From Roseomonas sp. (GTDB taxonomy: Bacteria; Pseudomonadota; Alphaproteobacteria; Acetobacterales; Acetobacteraceae): a DNA stretch of 64,000 nucleotides. Position 1 is the first letter of the stretch; each line of letters starts with the position of its first letter. Made by a program: the position numbers and the translations under genes. Positions 38,841 through 48,410 of the stretch are shown here, in pieces. The notes beneath the pieces are model-generated. The model made no database searches. It was given only the letters and a program-made list of their open reading frames with translations, and was not told the origin of the DNA. The stretch lies in assembly GCA_051860065.1 (NCBI GenBank), contig JBHYEQ010000002.1, positions 277,773-341,772 of the forward strand, given 5' to 3'.

Positions 38841-39608
38841 TCAGCCGCGCCGCTGCACCACGGTGGCGTCGGCATCGGGTTCGCGCAGGAAGGTCAGGTC
38901 CATCCAGTACGGCCCGTTCGGCTGGCCCGGATCGAAGGCGATGTTCACCGCCGACATGCCGCGCATCTGCGGCACCGGGTCGAAGGGGAGGGGCTCGCTT
39001 TCAAAGAGCCGCTGCACGCCGCTGCGCGGGTCGGCCCAGCGCGCCTGCAACACCCACCGCATCCCGTCGCGCCGCAGCCCGACCAGCGGCACGGCGAAAG
39101 TCATGGCGGCCGGCGCTTGCGCCGCGGCCGGCACGGCGGCGCCTGGCGAGCGCCCCACGCGCAGCATCGCCAGCCCAATTCCGGTGAACACCACGCCCAT
39201 GCCGCCCAGGATCATCGCCACCAGCCAGCTCTGCACGAAGCTGACCATGGCCGCGCTCTCCGGCCTGGCCGGGTCGTAGCGCACGCGCACCCGCTCCCCC
39301 ACGCTGCAGCAGGGCGGGTTGGAGGCGAAGCTGCCCTGCGCCCGGACCTCCTTGCCGCCGTCAGGCGAGAACACGAAGACCGGGCGGTAGGTGGCCGACC
39401 GACGCCCGGAATTGCTGCTGCTGCTGCCGAGTTCGCGGATCATCTCGACCACGCGCCCGTCGGTCTCGACCGCGATGCGCCGGAACGCGATCTCGCTCCA
39501 GACCGCGTAGCCGGCGCCCAGCAACAGCGGCAGGCCCACCGCCAGGATCAGCAGCGCGATGATGCGCGAGGCCCGCCCGCTCAGCCTGGATGTGGTGTTC
39601 ACCGGCAT
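38841..39608 (-). CDS. DUF3592-like membrane protein
   Basis: TM, then OB-like domain (YRPVFVF..DG, VGERVRVRYDPARP), then TM. Confidence 0.75.
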   Translation of the reverse strand: MPVNTTSRLSGRASRIIALLILAVGLPLLLGAGYAVWSEIAFRRIAVETDGRVVEMIRELGSSSSNSGRRSATYRPVFVFSPDGGKEVRAQGSFASNPPCCSVGERVRVRYDPARPESAAMVSFVQSWLVAMILGGMGVVFTGIGLAMLRVGRSPGAAVPAAAQAPAAMTFAVPLVGLRRDGMRWVLQARWADPRSGVQRLFESEPLPFDPVPQMRGMSAVNIAFDPGQPNGPYWMDLTFLREPDADATVVQRRG

Positions 39609-39725
39609 CGCGCTCTCCCCTTCTGCCGCACGGGACGAGCATACCCCATGCGCGACCGGATCGAAGGACGCCGGGTCACACCGCGCGCGGGCGAACCGGG
39701 CGCGCCGCAATGCCGTTCACGGCGC

Positions 39726-40655
39726 TCACCCCGGCTGCCCGGCCTTGTGTGCGACCAGCGCCATCAGCCGCCGGTCGCGCCAGCCGGAGCGATCCGCGAT
39801 CGCTTCCCGCGGCAGCACCGCGCGGCGCGCGCCATCCACCGCCGCGACGGTCGGGGCGTCGTAGTCGTAGGGCGTCTGTTCCTGCGTGATGCCGCCCATC
39901 AGCGCGCCGAAGCGCGCGGCGTAGTCCGCCACGCCCCCCGGCGCGTTCATGTCGATGGTCTCGAAGGGCCCCATGAAGGACCAGCGCAGACCCAGCCCAT
40001 CCTTCACGCAGGCATCGACGTCCTCGACCGACATGACGCCGTCGCGCACCAGTCGGAAGGCCTCGGCCACCAGTGCCGCCTGCAACCGGTTCAGCACGAA
40101 GCCGCGGGTCTCCTTCAGCGCCACCACCGGCACCTGGCGCACCGCTTCCATCAAGGCCCGCGTGCGCGCCACCACCGCCGCGTCGGTCCAGGGCGCGCCG
40201 ACCAGTTCCACCAGCGGCACCAGGTAGGGAGGGTTGACCGGATGCGCCACCAGGCAGCGCGCCCGCCCCGCCAGCGTTTCGGTGAACGCGGAAGCAGGAA
40301 TGCCGGAGGTCGAGGACGCCAGCACCACATCCGGCCCGCACAGCGCGTCCAGCTTTGCGAAGGTCTCGCGCTTCACCTCGACGCGCTCGGGCCCGTTCTC
40401 CTGGACGTGGCCGGCACCCTCCAGGCAGTCCTCCAGCGTCGTCGCCACGGCGATGCGCGCGGCCACAACCGCTGGCGCCTCGGCGATCAGCCCGGCCGCG
40501 TGCAGGTCGGGCAGGCGCGCGCCGATCACCGCCATCGCCGACTCGCTCGCCCCCGGCGCGGGGTCCCAGATGCGGACCCGATGCCCCGCGCGGGCAAACA
40601 CCATCGCCCAGGCGCTGCCGATCAACCCCGCGCCGACCACCGCGATGCGTTCCAT
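39726..40655 (-). CDS. 3-hydroxyacyl-CoA dehydrogenase family (L-gulonate 3-dehydrogenase-like)
   Basis: GAGLIG, VQENGPE, LASSTS, AHPVNPPYLVPLVE, GFVLNRLQ. Confidence 0.9.
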   Translation of the reverse strand: MERIAVVGAGLIGSAWAMVFARAGHRVRIWDPAPGASESAMAVIGARLPDLHAAGLIAEAPAVVAARIAVATTLEDCLEGAGHVQENGPERVEVKRETFAKLDALCGPDVVLASSTSGIPASAFTETLAGRARCLVAHPVNPPYLVPLVELVGAPWTDAAVVARTRALMEAVRQVPVVALKETRGFVLNRLQAALVAEAFRLVRDGVMSVEDVDACVKDGLGLRWSFMGPFETIDMNAPGGVADYAARFGALMGGITQEQTPYDYDAPTVAAVDGARRAVLPREAIADRSGWRDRRLMALVAHKAGQPG

Positions 40656-40720
40656 GTCCTGGCGTCCCCCAACACCGCGCCTTGATCGGCGGCGGCACAC
40701 GGGCGATCTAAGTCCCCGAC

Positions 40721-40870
40721 ATGACCCCACGCAACGCACCCATGGCCCCGCCCACCGCGCCGCCCCCGATCGGCGCGCGGATGATCGGCTTCTTCCTGCT
40801 CGGCGGCACGATGTGGATCGCCGGGCTGCTGGCGCTGTTCCGGTCGATCTTCACAGTGGTGAACCCATGA
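40721..40870 (+). CDS. putative 49-aa membrane microprotein (absent from the ORF track)
   Basis: MTPRNAPMAPPTAPPPIGARMIGFFLLGGTMWIAGLLALFRSIFTVVNP*; ATGA overlap with the next gene. Confidence 0.55.
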   Translation: MTPRNAPMAPPTAPPPIGARMIGFFLLGGTMWIAGLLALFRSIFTVVNP

Positions 40871-41592
40871 TCTCGGCCTTCTGGCGGCGCTGGATCCTGC
40901 CCTTCACCATCGTCCCGCTGCTGCCAGCGACCCTGTTCAACCTGTTCGCGGGGCGTGAGGTCGCGCTGCTGGGCTGCGTGCTCGGCCTGGGCTTCCCGAT
41001 GGCCGCTGCCTGGCTGATGCGCCGCGGCCGGGCAGGGGATGCCGGCCTGGCCGCGCTGGCCATGGGTGCGAGTGCCGCGAGCGTCACCTGGCTCGGCGCC
41101 GATGCCGCCCCGGTGGCGGCGCTGATCCTGGGTGCGGGCGCCTGGGGTGGCACGCGCCTGCTCTATTCCGGCGTGCAGGAGGTGGCCCCGCCGCCACCCC
41201 CGCCCGAGCCGCTGCCCCCGCCGCCTCCGCGACCTCTGGACGACGCCCGCGCCCGCCTGCGCGCCATTGCCGAGGCCGCGCAGCGCATCCCCGAACCCCG
41301 CCTGCTGCCGGTCGCGGCGGCCATCGGCGCGGTGATGGATGAATTCGAACGCCGCCCCGAGCGGCTGGAGGAAGCGCGCCGCTTCCTTGGCGTGAACCTG
41401 GACGGGCTGGAGCGCATCGCCGCGCGCCTGTCCGCCGGGGCGCAGCCGCCGCCCGGCCTGCCATCCCTGCTGCGCGAGATGGAGGCCGCCGCCACCGGCC
41501 TGCGCACGCGCCTGCGCGAGGAGGAAAGCGCCGCCCTCGCGGTGCAGGTCAACGTGCTGGGCAGCAAGATCCGCGAGGCCGGCTACGGCTGA
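40867..41592 (+). CDS. membrane protein, XpaC-like (5-bromo-4-chloroindolyl phosphate hydrolysis family)
   Basis: N-terminal TM helices, Pro linker, helical C-domain with EARRFLGVNLDG and a LAVQVNVL end. Confidence 0.6.
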   Translation: MISAFWRRWILPFTIVPLLPATLFNLFAGREVALLGCVLGLGFPMAAAWLMRRGRAGDAGLAALAMGASAASVTWLGADAAPVAALILGAGAWGGTRLLYSGVQEVAPPPPPPEPLPPPPPRPLDDARARLRAIAEAAQRIPEPRLLPVAAAIGAVMDEFERRPERLEEARRFLGVNLDGLERIAARLSAGAQPPPGLPSLLREMEAAATGLRTRLREEESAALAVQVNVLGSKIREAGYG

Positions 41593-41697
41593 CACCTGCG
41601 GCCGGTCCACCCGCTGCTGCATGAAGCGGCACGACCTCCGTGAATGCGCCGTCCATCCCTTCATGCCATCATGCGCCCCTGCATGGAGGACACCGGC

Positions 41698-42222
41698 ATG
41701 ATCCGACGCACCGTCATCCTGGGCGCGCTGGCGCTCGGCGCCTGCGGGCCCACCGCGCCGCCGCCCACCATCCCGGCCAGCGCCGCGCCGGGTGAGCGCG
41801 TGATCGAACCCATCACACGCGCCGCCAACAATGCCATCGCTTTCTTCCGCCGCCCGCAGCCCAACCAACCGGCCGCCGCGGCGCGGGCCATCGCGGACAT
41901 CGAATTCCTCGCCGGCGCCGTACCGACGGACCCGCGCTGGCAAACCAGCTCAGCCGGCGTGCAACTCATGCAGGCGCGCAACCAGGGGCGCCAGGCGCTC
42001 GGCATCCCGTCGTCCGCCCCGGCGCAAGGCGTGATCGACGGGCTGACGCGCGCGGCCGATGCGCTGGACGCCAACGACCAGGCAGGTGCCGCCCAGGCAC
42101 TGCCGGCGAGCATCTTCACGGCCGGCCCGCAGCAGACCATCGCGCGTTTGGCCCGGCCGCCGCGCATTCCGACGGCCAGCGCAGCGCTCACCGCTCTGAC
42201 CGTCGGACCTGCGCCGCGCTGA
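41698..42222 (+). CDS. putative lipoprotein
   Basis: lipobox LGAC, RBS GGAGG. Confidence 0.7.
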   Translation: MIRRTVILGALALGACGPTAPPPTIPASAAPGERVIEPITRAANNAIAFFRRPQPNQPAAAARAIADIEFLAGAVPTDPRWQTSSAGVQLMQARNQGRQALGIPSSAPAQGVIDGLTRAADALDANDQAGAAQALPASIFTAGPQQTIARLARPPRIPTASAALTALTVGPAPR

Positions 42223-42295
42223 CGCGCCTGTCCCCTTGACGGAACCGGCACCGTGGTCACCCTCGGTGCCGGAGACCCCCGGGAGGACAACGACA

Positions 42296-43264
42296 ATGAT
42301 CCAACGACGCCCGCTGCTGGCGGCAACCGCGATGCTGGCCACGCCCGCCATCGCCCGCGCGCAGGCCGCCTGGCCCAACGGCCCCATTCGCATCATCGTG
42401 CCCTTCCCGCCGGGCGGGTCGACCGACGCGCTCTCCCGCATGCTCCAGCCGCGCCTGCAGGCGGAATTCGGCGTGCCGATCGTGGTCGAGAACCGCGCCG
42501 GCGCCTCGGGCTCGCTCGGCACCGGCTTCGTCGCCCGCAGCGCGCCCGACGGCAATACCTGGGTGCTGGTGTTCGACACCCACGCCGTGAACCCGGCGCT
42601 GATCCCGACCATGGGCTTTGACACCCAGCGTGACATGACGCCGCTGCTGCTGTTCGGCACCGCGCCGATGGTGCTGACGGCGCACCGCACACGCCCCTAC
42701 CGGACCATGGCCCAGGTGGTCGAGGCCGCCAAGGCGCGCCCCGAAACCGTCACCTACGGCACCATCGGCAACGGCTCGGTCGCCCACCTGACAATGGCGA
42801 TGGCCCAGCGCATCGGTGGGTTCAGCCTGGTCCATGTGCCCTATCGCGGCGGTGGGCCGCTCGCCGTCGCCTCGGTCGCCGGCGAGGTCGACCTGCCCAT
42901 CGCCACCCGCCCCGCCATCGGCGTGCACATCGATTCCGGCGCGCTGGTCCCGTTGGCGCAGACCGGCGCCACCCGGTCGCCCTCCATGCCCGACATCCCG
43001 ACGCTTGAGGAATCGGGCATCCCGGGCATCGACGCCCGCGCCTTCTGGGGCTTCCTCGGCCCGGCGAACCTGCCGCCGGCCATCAAGGAGCGCATGGAAG
43101 CCGCCATCCGCAGCGCCCTGGCGGTGCCCGAGATCCGCCAGCGCGTGATCGGCCTGGGCATCGACCTCGACCCCCAGGGCGAGGCCGTCTTCGGCCCCTT
43201 CCTGGCCCGCCAGATGGAAACCTGGGCGCGCGTGGTGCGCGAGAACAACATCCGCCCGGACTGA
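42296..43264 (+). CDS. tripartite tricarboxylate transporter receptor (Bug/TctC)
   Basis: VPFPPGGSTDALSR, VVENRAGASG, PDGNT, HVPYRGGGP. Confidence 0.92.
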   Translation: MIQRRPLLAATAMLATPAIARAQAAWPNGPIRIIVPFPPGGSTDALSRMLQPRLQAEFGVPIVVENRAGASGSLGTGFVARSAPDGNTWVLVFDTHAVNPALIPTMGFDTQRDMTPLLLFGTAPMVLTAHRTRPYRTMAQVVEAAKARPETVTYGTIGNGSVAHLTMAMAQRIGGFSLVHVPYRGGGPLAVASVAGEVDLPIATRPAIGVHIDSGALVPLAQTGATRSPSMPDIPTLEESGIPGIDARAFWGFLGPANLPPAIKERMEAAIRSALAVPEIRQRVIGLGIDLDPQGEAVFGPFLARQMETWARVVRENNIRPD

Positions 43265-43308
43265 AACGCGCCACACCCACGCCCCCTTCGGCGTGGCACC
43301 CTGCGGCC

Positions 43309-43587
43309 ATGAAGCGACTTCTCCTCGCCCTGCCGCTCGCCGGCTGCATCGTCCTGCCTCTGGCGGGCTGCATCACCGTGCAGCCGGTGCCCATCCCCCT
43401 GCCGCCAGGCCCAAGTTGCGAGGACCCGGCCACCGGCGCGGCCTACGGCGCAGCCATCGGGGCCGGGATCGGCGCCATCGCCGGGTCCACGACCGCCGAT
43501 GCGGGACGCGGGGCGCTGGTGGGGGCAGGGGTGGGGGCGCTGGCGGGGGCGGCTATCGGGAGCGTGCCTTGCGACAATCCGAAGTGA
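43309..43587 (+). CDS. glycine-zipper lipoprotein
   Basis: LAGC lipobox(es), GAAYGAAIGAGIGAIAG...GALVGAGVGALAGAAIG. Confidence 0.8.
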   Translation: MKRLLLALPLAGCIVLPLAGCITVQPVPIPLPPGPSCEDPATGAAYGAAIGAGIGAIAGSTTADAGRGALVGAGVGALAGAAIGSVPCDNPK

Positions 43588-43591
43588 AAGG

Positions 43592-43640
43592 CCAGGGGCG
43601 CTGCCCCTGGACCCCGCCAGGGCACACGGTGCCCTGGACC
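43592..43640. repeat. REP-like doublet of palindromes
   Basis: CCAGGGGC-GCT-GCCCCTGG-ACC and CCAGGGCAC-ACG-GTGCCCTGG-ACC. Confidence 0.65.
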
Positions 43641-43657
43641 GCGATCAATTGGGCCAA

Positions 43658-44458
43658 ATGAAGCGGATGCTGACCGCGATCGCCATACTCGCCAGCCTGC
43701 CGCTGGTGCTCGTGGGCGCATTATGGGCAGGGCAGGAACGGCTGATCTTTCTGCCCGATCCACGCGTCATCGCGGCGCCGCCGGGCTGGGAACGACCCAC
43801 CATCCGCACCGAGGACGGGCTCGACATCGCCTTCCTCGCCCGTCCAGGCCCACCCGGCGCACCCGTCGTGCTGCACTTCCACGGCAATGGGGGCAATGCG
43901 GAGGACCGCACCGGCCTCGCGACCCTCATCCACCGCGCCGGCTACGGCATTGTCCTTGCGGAATACCGCGGCTACGGCGGCAACCACGGCCGCCCCGGCG
44001 AGGACACCATCGCCACCGACGCCACCGCCATCCTGGCCTGGACCACGACCCGCTTCCCCACCGCGCCCGTGGTGCTATGGGGCGAAAGCCTGGGCACCGG
44101 CGTCGTCACCCGCTTGGCCGAGAACCGCCCGACCATCGCGGCGGTGGTGCTGGAAAGCCCCTTCACCTCCATCGCCGACCTCGCCCGCAGCATGTACCCG
44201 GTGGTTCCGACCGACTGGCTGCTGCGCCACCGCTTCGAAAGCCTGTCCCGGCTGCCGGGCGTGACCGCCCCGGTGCTGGTGGTGGCGAGCGAACAGGACC
44301 GCATCACCCCGCCCGGCCACGCGCTGCGGATGGTGGCGGGCGCGCGGAACGGCACGCTGGTGATGCTGCCGGGCGGGGCGCATCCGGCGGTGCTGAATGA
44401 TGCGAGCGGGGAAGGGGCAAGGGCGGTGTTGAGGTTTCTGGCCGGCGTGGGGCGGTAG
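43658..44458 (+). CDS. alpha/beta hydrolase (membrane anchored)
   Basis: FHGNGG, EYRGYG, nucleophile GESLG, ESPFTS, SEQDRI, GAH. Confidence 0.9.
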   Translation: MKRMLTAIAILASLPLVLVGALWAGQERLIFLPDPRVIAAPPGWERPTIRTEDGLDIAFLARPGPPGAPVVLHFHGNGGNAEDRTGLATLIHRAGYGIVLAEYRGYGGNHGRPGEDTIATDATAILAWTTTRFPTAPVVLWGESLGTGVVTRLAENRPTIAAVVLESPFTSIADLARSMYPVVPTDWLLRHRFESLSRLPGVTAPVLVVASEQDRITPPGHALRMVAGARNGTLVMLPGGAHPAVLNDASGEGARAVLRFLAGVGR

Positions 44459-44505
44459 ACGCACCGCATCCCCCGCCGGCACGCCCTCCCTGTTGCCGCC
44501 CCGCC

Positions 44506-45063
44506 TCAGCGCAACGGTCGCGGCTTCTGCGGCAAGGGTGCCCCACCGTCGCCATCCAGGCCCGGCTTGCCGGCCGGTCCTTGGTTCGGCGGCTGCGTGC
44601 CGCCGCCTCGGCCCATCAGGGCTTCCAGCATGCCAGCCACCCCGCCGCCCTGGCCGCCGCCCGGCTGCCCGCCACCCAGCAGCCCGCCCAGCATGGCTCC
44701 CAGGCCGCCACCGGCCGGCGCAGCGCCACCCTGGCCGCCCATCATCTGCGCCAGCAGCCCACCCATGCCGCCCTGGCCGAAGTCGTCATCCCGCTGCGGC
44801 ACGCGCCCCTGCGGTGTCAGGCCGTTGATGAGCTGCGGGAGCAACGCGGCCAGGATCCCGGCCATCCCTCCGGCGCCTGCCGTCCCGCCACTGCCGCCGA
44901 ACTGCCGTGCCAGGCCGGCCAGCGTGTCGGCGCCGAGCGCATTCGCCAGCCGGTCAGGGGCCACCGGCTTGTTCGCGCCAGTGCCGACCCAACTGTCCAC
45001 TTCATCGCCCAATCCCGCCTGGCGCAGTCGGTCCACCAGCGACCCAAGCCCCTGTGCGCCCCC
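44506..45063 (-). CDS. YidB/DUF937-like protein with a Gly-rich tail
   Basis: LRQAGLGDEVDSWVGTGAN, LLPQLINGLTPQG. Confidence 0.8.
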   Translation of the reverse strand, partial: GGAQGLGSLVDRLRQAGLGDEVDSWVGTGANKPVAPDRLANALGADTLAGLARQFGGSGGTAGAGGMAGILAALLPQLINGLTPQGRVPQRDDDFGQGGMGGLLAQMMGGQGGAAPAGGGLGAMLGGLLGGGQPGGGQGGGVAGMLEALMGRGGGTQPPNQGPAGKPGLDGDGGAPLPQKPRPLR

Positions 45064-45270
45064 TTGACCGCCGGCCAACATACCGAGCAGCCCGTCGATC
45101 CCACCGCCCATCCTGTTGGACATCCTGTCCCTCCTGTCGGGTTGCTGGCCGATGCGCAGCCTACACACGCCGGTTGCCGCCACGCATCCTTTGCGCACGC
45201 GGCGTCGCCCTTGACCCGCGCCACCCCCGTTGGTCCGATGCGCCCACACGACTCAACCGGAGGAACCACC

Positions 45271-46332
45271 ATGCGCGCCTGGGCCGTCATCGAGACCGGG
45301 AAGCCGCTCCAGGAAATCGAGCTGCCGACCCCCGAGCCCACCGGCAAGCAGGTCCTGCTGGAAATCACCCATGCCGGCGTCTGCCATTCCGACCTGCACA
45401 TCTGGGAGGGCGAATACGACCTCGGCAGCCGCGGCAAGATGCACCTGAAGGACCGCGGCGTGGTGCTCCCGCTCGCCATGGGCCACGAGATCGTCGGCCG
45501 CGTCGTGAAATGGGGTCCTGACGCCAACGATTCCGGCCTGAAGGTCGGCGACCACATGATCGTCTTCCCCTGGGTCGGCTGCGGCAAATGCGCCAAGTGC
45601 CTGGCGGATGAGGACAACATGTGCCTCACCCCGCGCAGCCTCGGCGTCTACCAGAATGGCGGCTACGCGACGCATGTGGTGGCGCCCGAACCGCGCCACC
45701 TGGTCCCGGTCGGCAGCCTCGACCCCGCCCTGGCGGCGACTTATGCGTGCTCGGGCATCACGGTGTTCAGCGCCATCAACAAGGTCATGCCGATGGACCC
45801 GGACGACCCCATCGTGGTGGTGGGCTCCGGGGGGCTCGGGCTGAACGCCATCGCGGTGCTGCGGGCCAAGGGCCACAAGCGCATCGTGGTGGTGGACGTG
45901 GCGCAGTCGAAGCTGGACGGGGCCAAGGCCGCCGGCGCCACCGACACCGTGCTGGCCGCCGGCGAGGACACCGCCAAGGCCATCATCGCCGCGGCCGGTG
46001 GCGCGGTCGGCGCCATCATCGACCTGGTCAACGGCACCGAGACCGCCCGCTTCGCCTTCGACGCCCTGCGCAAGGGCGGCAAGCTGATCCAGGTCGGCCT
46101 GTTCGGGGGCGAGATGAACATCCCCCTCCCGCTGGTGCCGATCCGCGCGCTGACCATCCAGGGCAGCTATGTGGGCAATGTGAAGGAACTGCGCGAACTG
46201 GTTGGAATCGCAGCATCCGGCGCACTGCCGGCGATCCCGATCACAACCATGCCGCTGAACCAGGCCGATGCCGCGCTGAACCGCCTGAAGGACGGCAAGG
46301 TCATCGGCCGCATCGTGCTGACCGCGGCGTGA
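45271..46332 (+). CDS. zinc-binding alcohol dehydrogenase
   Basis: GVCHSDLH, GHEIVG, CGKCAKC..DEDNMC, GSGGLG. Confidence 0.93.
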   Translation: MRAWAVIETGKPLQEIELPTPEPTGKQVLLEITHAGVCHSDLHIWEGEYDLGSRGKMHLKDRGVVLPLAMGHEIVGRVVKWGPDANDSGLKVGDHMIVFPWVGCGKCAKCLADEDNMCLTPRSLGVYQNGGYATHVVAPEPRHLVPVGSLDPALAATYACSGITVFSAINKVMPMDPDDPIVVVGSGGLGLNAIAVLRAKGHKRIVVVDVAQSKLDGAKAAGATDTVLAAGEDTAKAIIAAAGGAVGAIIDLVNGTETARFAFDALRKGGKLIQVGLFGGEMNIPLPLVPIRALTIQGSYVGNVKELRELVGIAASGALPAIPITTMPLNQADAALNRLKDGKVIGRIVLTAA

Positions 46333-46339
46333 AGTCCAT

Positions 46340-46367
46340 CCCGCCCAGGCATCCGCGCCTGGGCGGG
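46340..46367. terminator. hairpin between convergent genes
   Basis: CCCGCCCAGGC-ATCCGC-GCCTGGGCGGG. Confidence 0.55.
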
Positions 46368-46393
46368 TTCTCGGGCTGCCGCGCGCCCTCGTT

Positions 46394-46897
46394 TCAGCCG
46401 CGCGGATAGGCCCCGCCGGCGACCGGGTCGCTCGGCGGGTCGGCGGTGGCGGCGATGGCGCGCACGGCGTGCGCCCATTCCCCGGGCGCGCCGTGCAGCA
46501 TGTCCGGCGGCTCGGACCCCTCGGGATAGGCACCAACCACCAGCAGGTCGTCGCTGGCGCCGAGGTTGCGGTGGCCGGTCCCGGCCGGCAGCACGACCAC
46601 GTCGCCGGCATGCAGGTCGACGGGCAAACCGGTCTCGCCGCCCAGCTGCACGCGCACCTGGCCACTGACCACCGCCAGCGCCTCATGCGCGTTGGAATGG
46701 TAGTGGTGCCAGTCATGGATGCCGTCGCGCCAGGCGGCCCGCCAGCCATGCCGGGCGAACAGGGCCTCGGCCCCGTCCGCATCGCCGACCCGCACCGCGG
46801 CCCGATGCAGCAGCACCGGCAGGCGCTCGTTGTTCGGGATGGCCGGATCAGGCCGGAGAAACAGCATCTCCGCACCGTCGCGCCGATGTTCGTGCAT
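46394..46897 (-). CDS. cupin domain protein (YjlB-like)
   Basis: IPNNERLPVL, WHHYHSNAHE, GDVVVLPAGTGH, VVGAYP. Confidence 0.85.
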   Translation of the reverse strand: MHEHRRDGAEMLFLRPDPAIPNNERLPVLLHRAAVRVGDADGAEALFARHGWRAAWRDGIHDWHHYHSNAHEALAVVSGQVRVQLGGETGLPVDLHAGDVVVLPAGTGHRNLGASDDLLVVGAYPEGSEPPDMLHGAPGEWAHAVRAIAATADPPSDPVAGGAYPRG

Positions 46898-46963
46898 TCC
46901 CCGCCTTCCGTCCGCCGTGGAATCCTGTTCCCATCCTGCCCGGATATGCGGAGGGGAACCAGG

Positions 46964-47554
46964 ATGACGGACATTGCACCGCTGCGGAAATTCATCCGCG
47001 CCATGACCAGGCTCGCCGATGAAGGTGCCAGCGAGACACGCTGCCTCGCCGAGGGCGGCGCCCTGCTGCGCGCCCTGGTCGCCGACGACACCTGGCTGCC
47101 CGACGCCTTCGCCGAGGCCGGCCCGCGGTATCGCCAGTACCTGCTGCATTGCGACCCGCTGGAGCGTTTCTGCGTCGTCTCCTTCGTCTGGGGGCCGGGG
47201 CAGCGCACGCCGGTCCACAACCACACCGTCTGGGGCCTGGTGGGCATGCTGCGCGGGGAGGAGGTCTCGACCGAGATGCAGCCCGGCGCGCCGATGCGCC
47301 CCGGCCAGGTGGACCGCCTGCGCCAGGGCGATGTCGCCGCCGTCAGCGCCGACACCTACGACATCCATGTAGTGGAGAACGCGCTGCCCGACCGCGTGTC
47401 GATCAGCATCCATGTCTATGGCGGCAATATCGGCGCCGTGCTGAGGAGCGTCTTCGACCCCGAGACCGGGGCGCAGAAGCGGTTCGTCTCGGGCTACGAC
47501 AATACCGCGGTGCCGAACCTGTGGGATCGCAGCCGGGACATGATGGCGGCCTGA
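46964..47554 (+). CDS. thiol dioxygenase, cysteine dioxygenase family (probable Gln-type)
   Basis: YRQYLLHCDP, WGPGQRTPVHNHTVWG, DIHVVEN, SISIHVYG. Confidence 0.88.
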   Translation: MTDIAPLRKFIRAMTRLADEGASETRCLAEGGALLRALVADDTWLPDAFAEAGPRYRQYLLHCDPLERFCVVSFVWGPGQRTPVHNHTVWGLVGMLRGEEVSTEMQPGAPMRPGQVDRLRQGDVAAVSADTYDIHVVENALPDRVSISIHVYGGNIGAVLRSVFDPETGAQKRFVSGYDNTAVPNLWDRSRDMMAA

Positions 47555-47558
47555 ACGC

Positions 47559-47590
47559 AAAAAGGGCCGCCCCATCGCCGGGGCGGCCCT
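47559..47590 (-). terminator. intrinsic terminator of the CHAP gene
   Basis: AGGGCCGCCCC/GGGGCGGCCCT stem with an A-run on the left (U-tract on the minus strand). Confidence 0.7.
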
Positions 47591-47612
47591 GATGCAGGGG
47601 CGAAGGCGAGGC

Positions 47613-48410
47613 TCAGCGGCGGCGCGCGGGGGCCTGCGCGACTTCCTCGAGGCCGAGGGCGGCGGCCTGCGCGGCATTGACGCGCAGCGGCGCGCGCCCG
47701 GCCATCATCGAACCGCCGGTCACGTCGGGCCGGTTGTAGATGAAGCCATAGACCGGGTAGGTGCGGCCGTAATTCTCGGCGCTATGGCCGACCTGCACGC
47801 GCACCTGGGTCCAGTCGTTGTTGGGCGATGCGTCGATCACGGACACGCCGCGCATGATGGATCCGCGGCGGATGCCCGGGCCGCCCCAATTGGCGTGGTG
47901 GATATGGACCTCGCGCGCGGAGACGACGCGCTCGACCACAGCGACATGGCCCGAGCGCATGCCGCCCGAACCCGGGAAGGCCAGGATCGAGCCGGGCTCG
48001 GGCCGGTTGCCACGCGCATAGAGGCCGGCGGCGTTGTGCCACCAGTCGCGGCCATTGCCGCTGATGTCCATGCCGGTGGCTTGGCGCGCATAGGGCACGC
48101 AGGAAATGCCGCCGGAGCGACCGGCGACGGCGTGGCCGCGGCGGCCATTGCGCGTGGTGGCATTGCCACGGCCATTCGTGGCGACGCGCACCGCCTGCTG
48201 GTTGCGGCCGCGCTGCGCGCTGGCGCGGGCGGTCGGGTTGGCGGGGCGGGCTGCGGCGCGTCGCGCAGCGGTGGGTGCCGGTGCGGCTGCGGCGCGCGCC
48301 GATGGCTTGCCTTGCCGTCCATCCGATGAGCGTGCCTGCGCGTCATGCGCCGCGAGAGAGAAACCACCGAACAGGATCGCCAATGCGATCGCCGCGCTTT
48401 TTGCCGTCAT
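47613..48410 (-). CDS. CHAP domain peptidoglycan hydrolase
   Basis: signal peptide, Arg/Ala linker, SCVPYAR catalytic Cys, GHVAVVE His, HANWG. Confidence 0.9.
   Translation of the reverse strand: MTAKSAAIALAILFGGFSLAAHDAQARSSDGRQGKPSARAAAAPAPTAARRAAARPANPTARASAQRGRNQQAVRVATNGRGNATTRNGRRGHAVAGRSGGISCVPYARQATGMDISGNGRDWWHNAAGLYARGNRPEPGSILAFPGSGGMRSGHVAVVERVVSAREVHIHHANWGGPGIRRGSIMRGVSVIDASPNNDWTQVRVQVGHSAENYGRTYPVYGFIYNRPDVTGGSMMAGRAPLRVNAAQAAALGLEEVAQAPARRR

Noticed and set aside
44581-44830. Gly/Pro-rich repetitive DNA as a repeat element
   Set aside because: It is explained by the Gly-rich low-complexity tail of the YidB-like protein.
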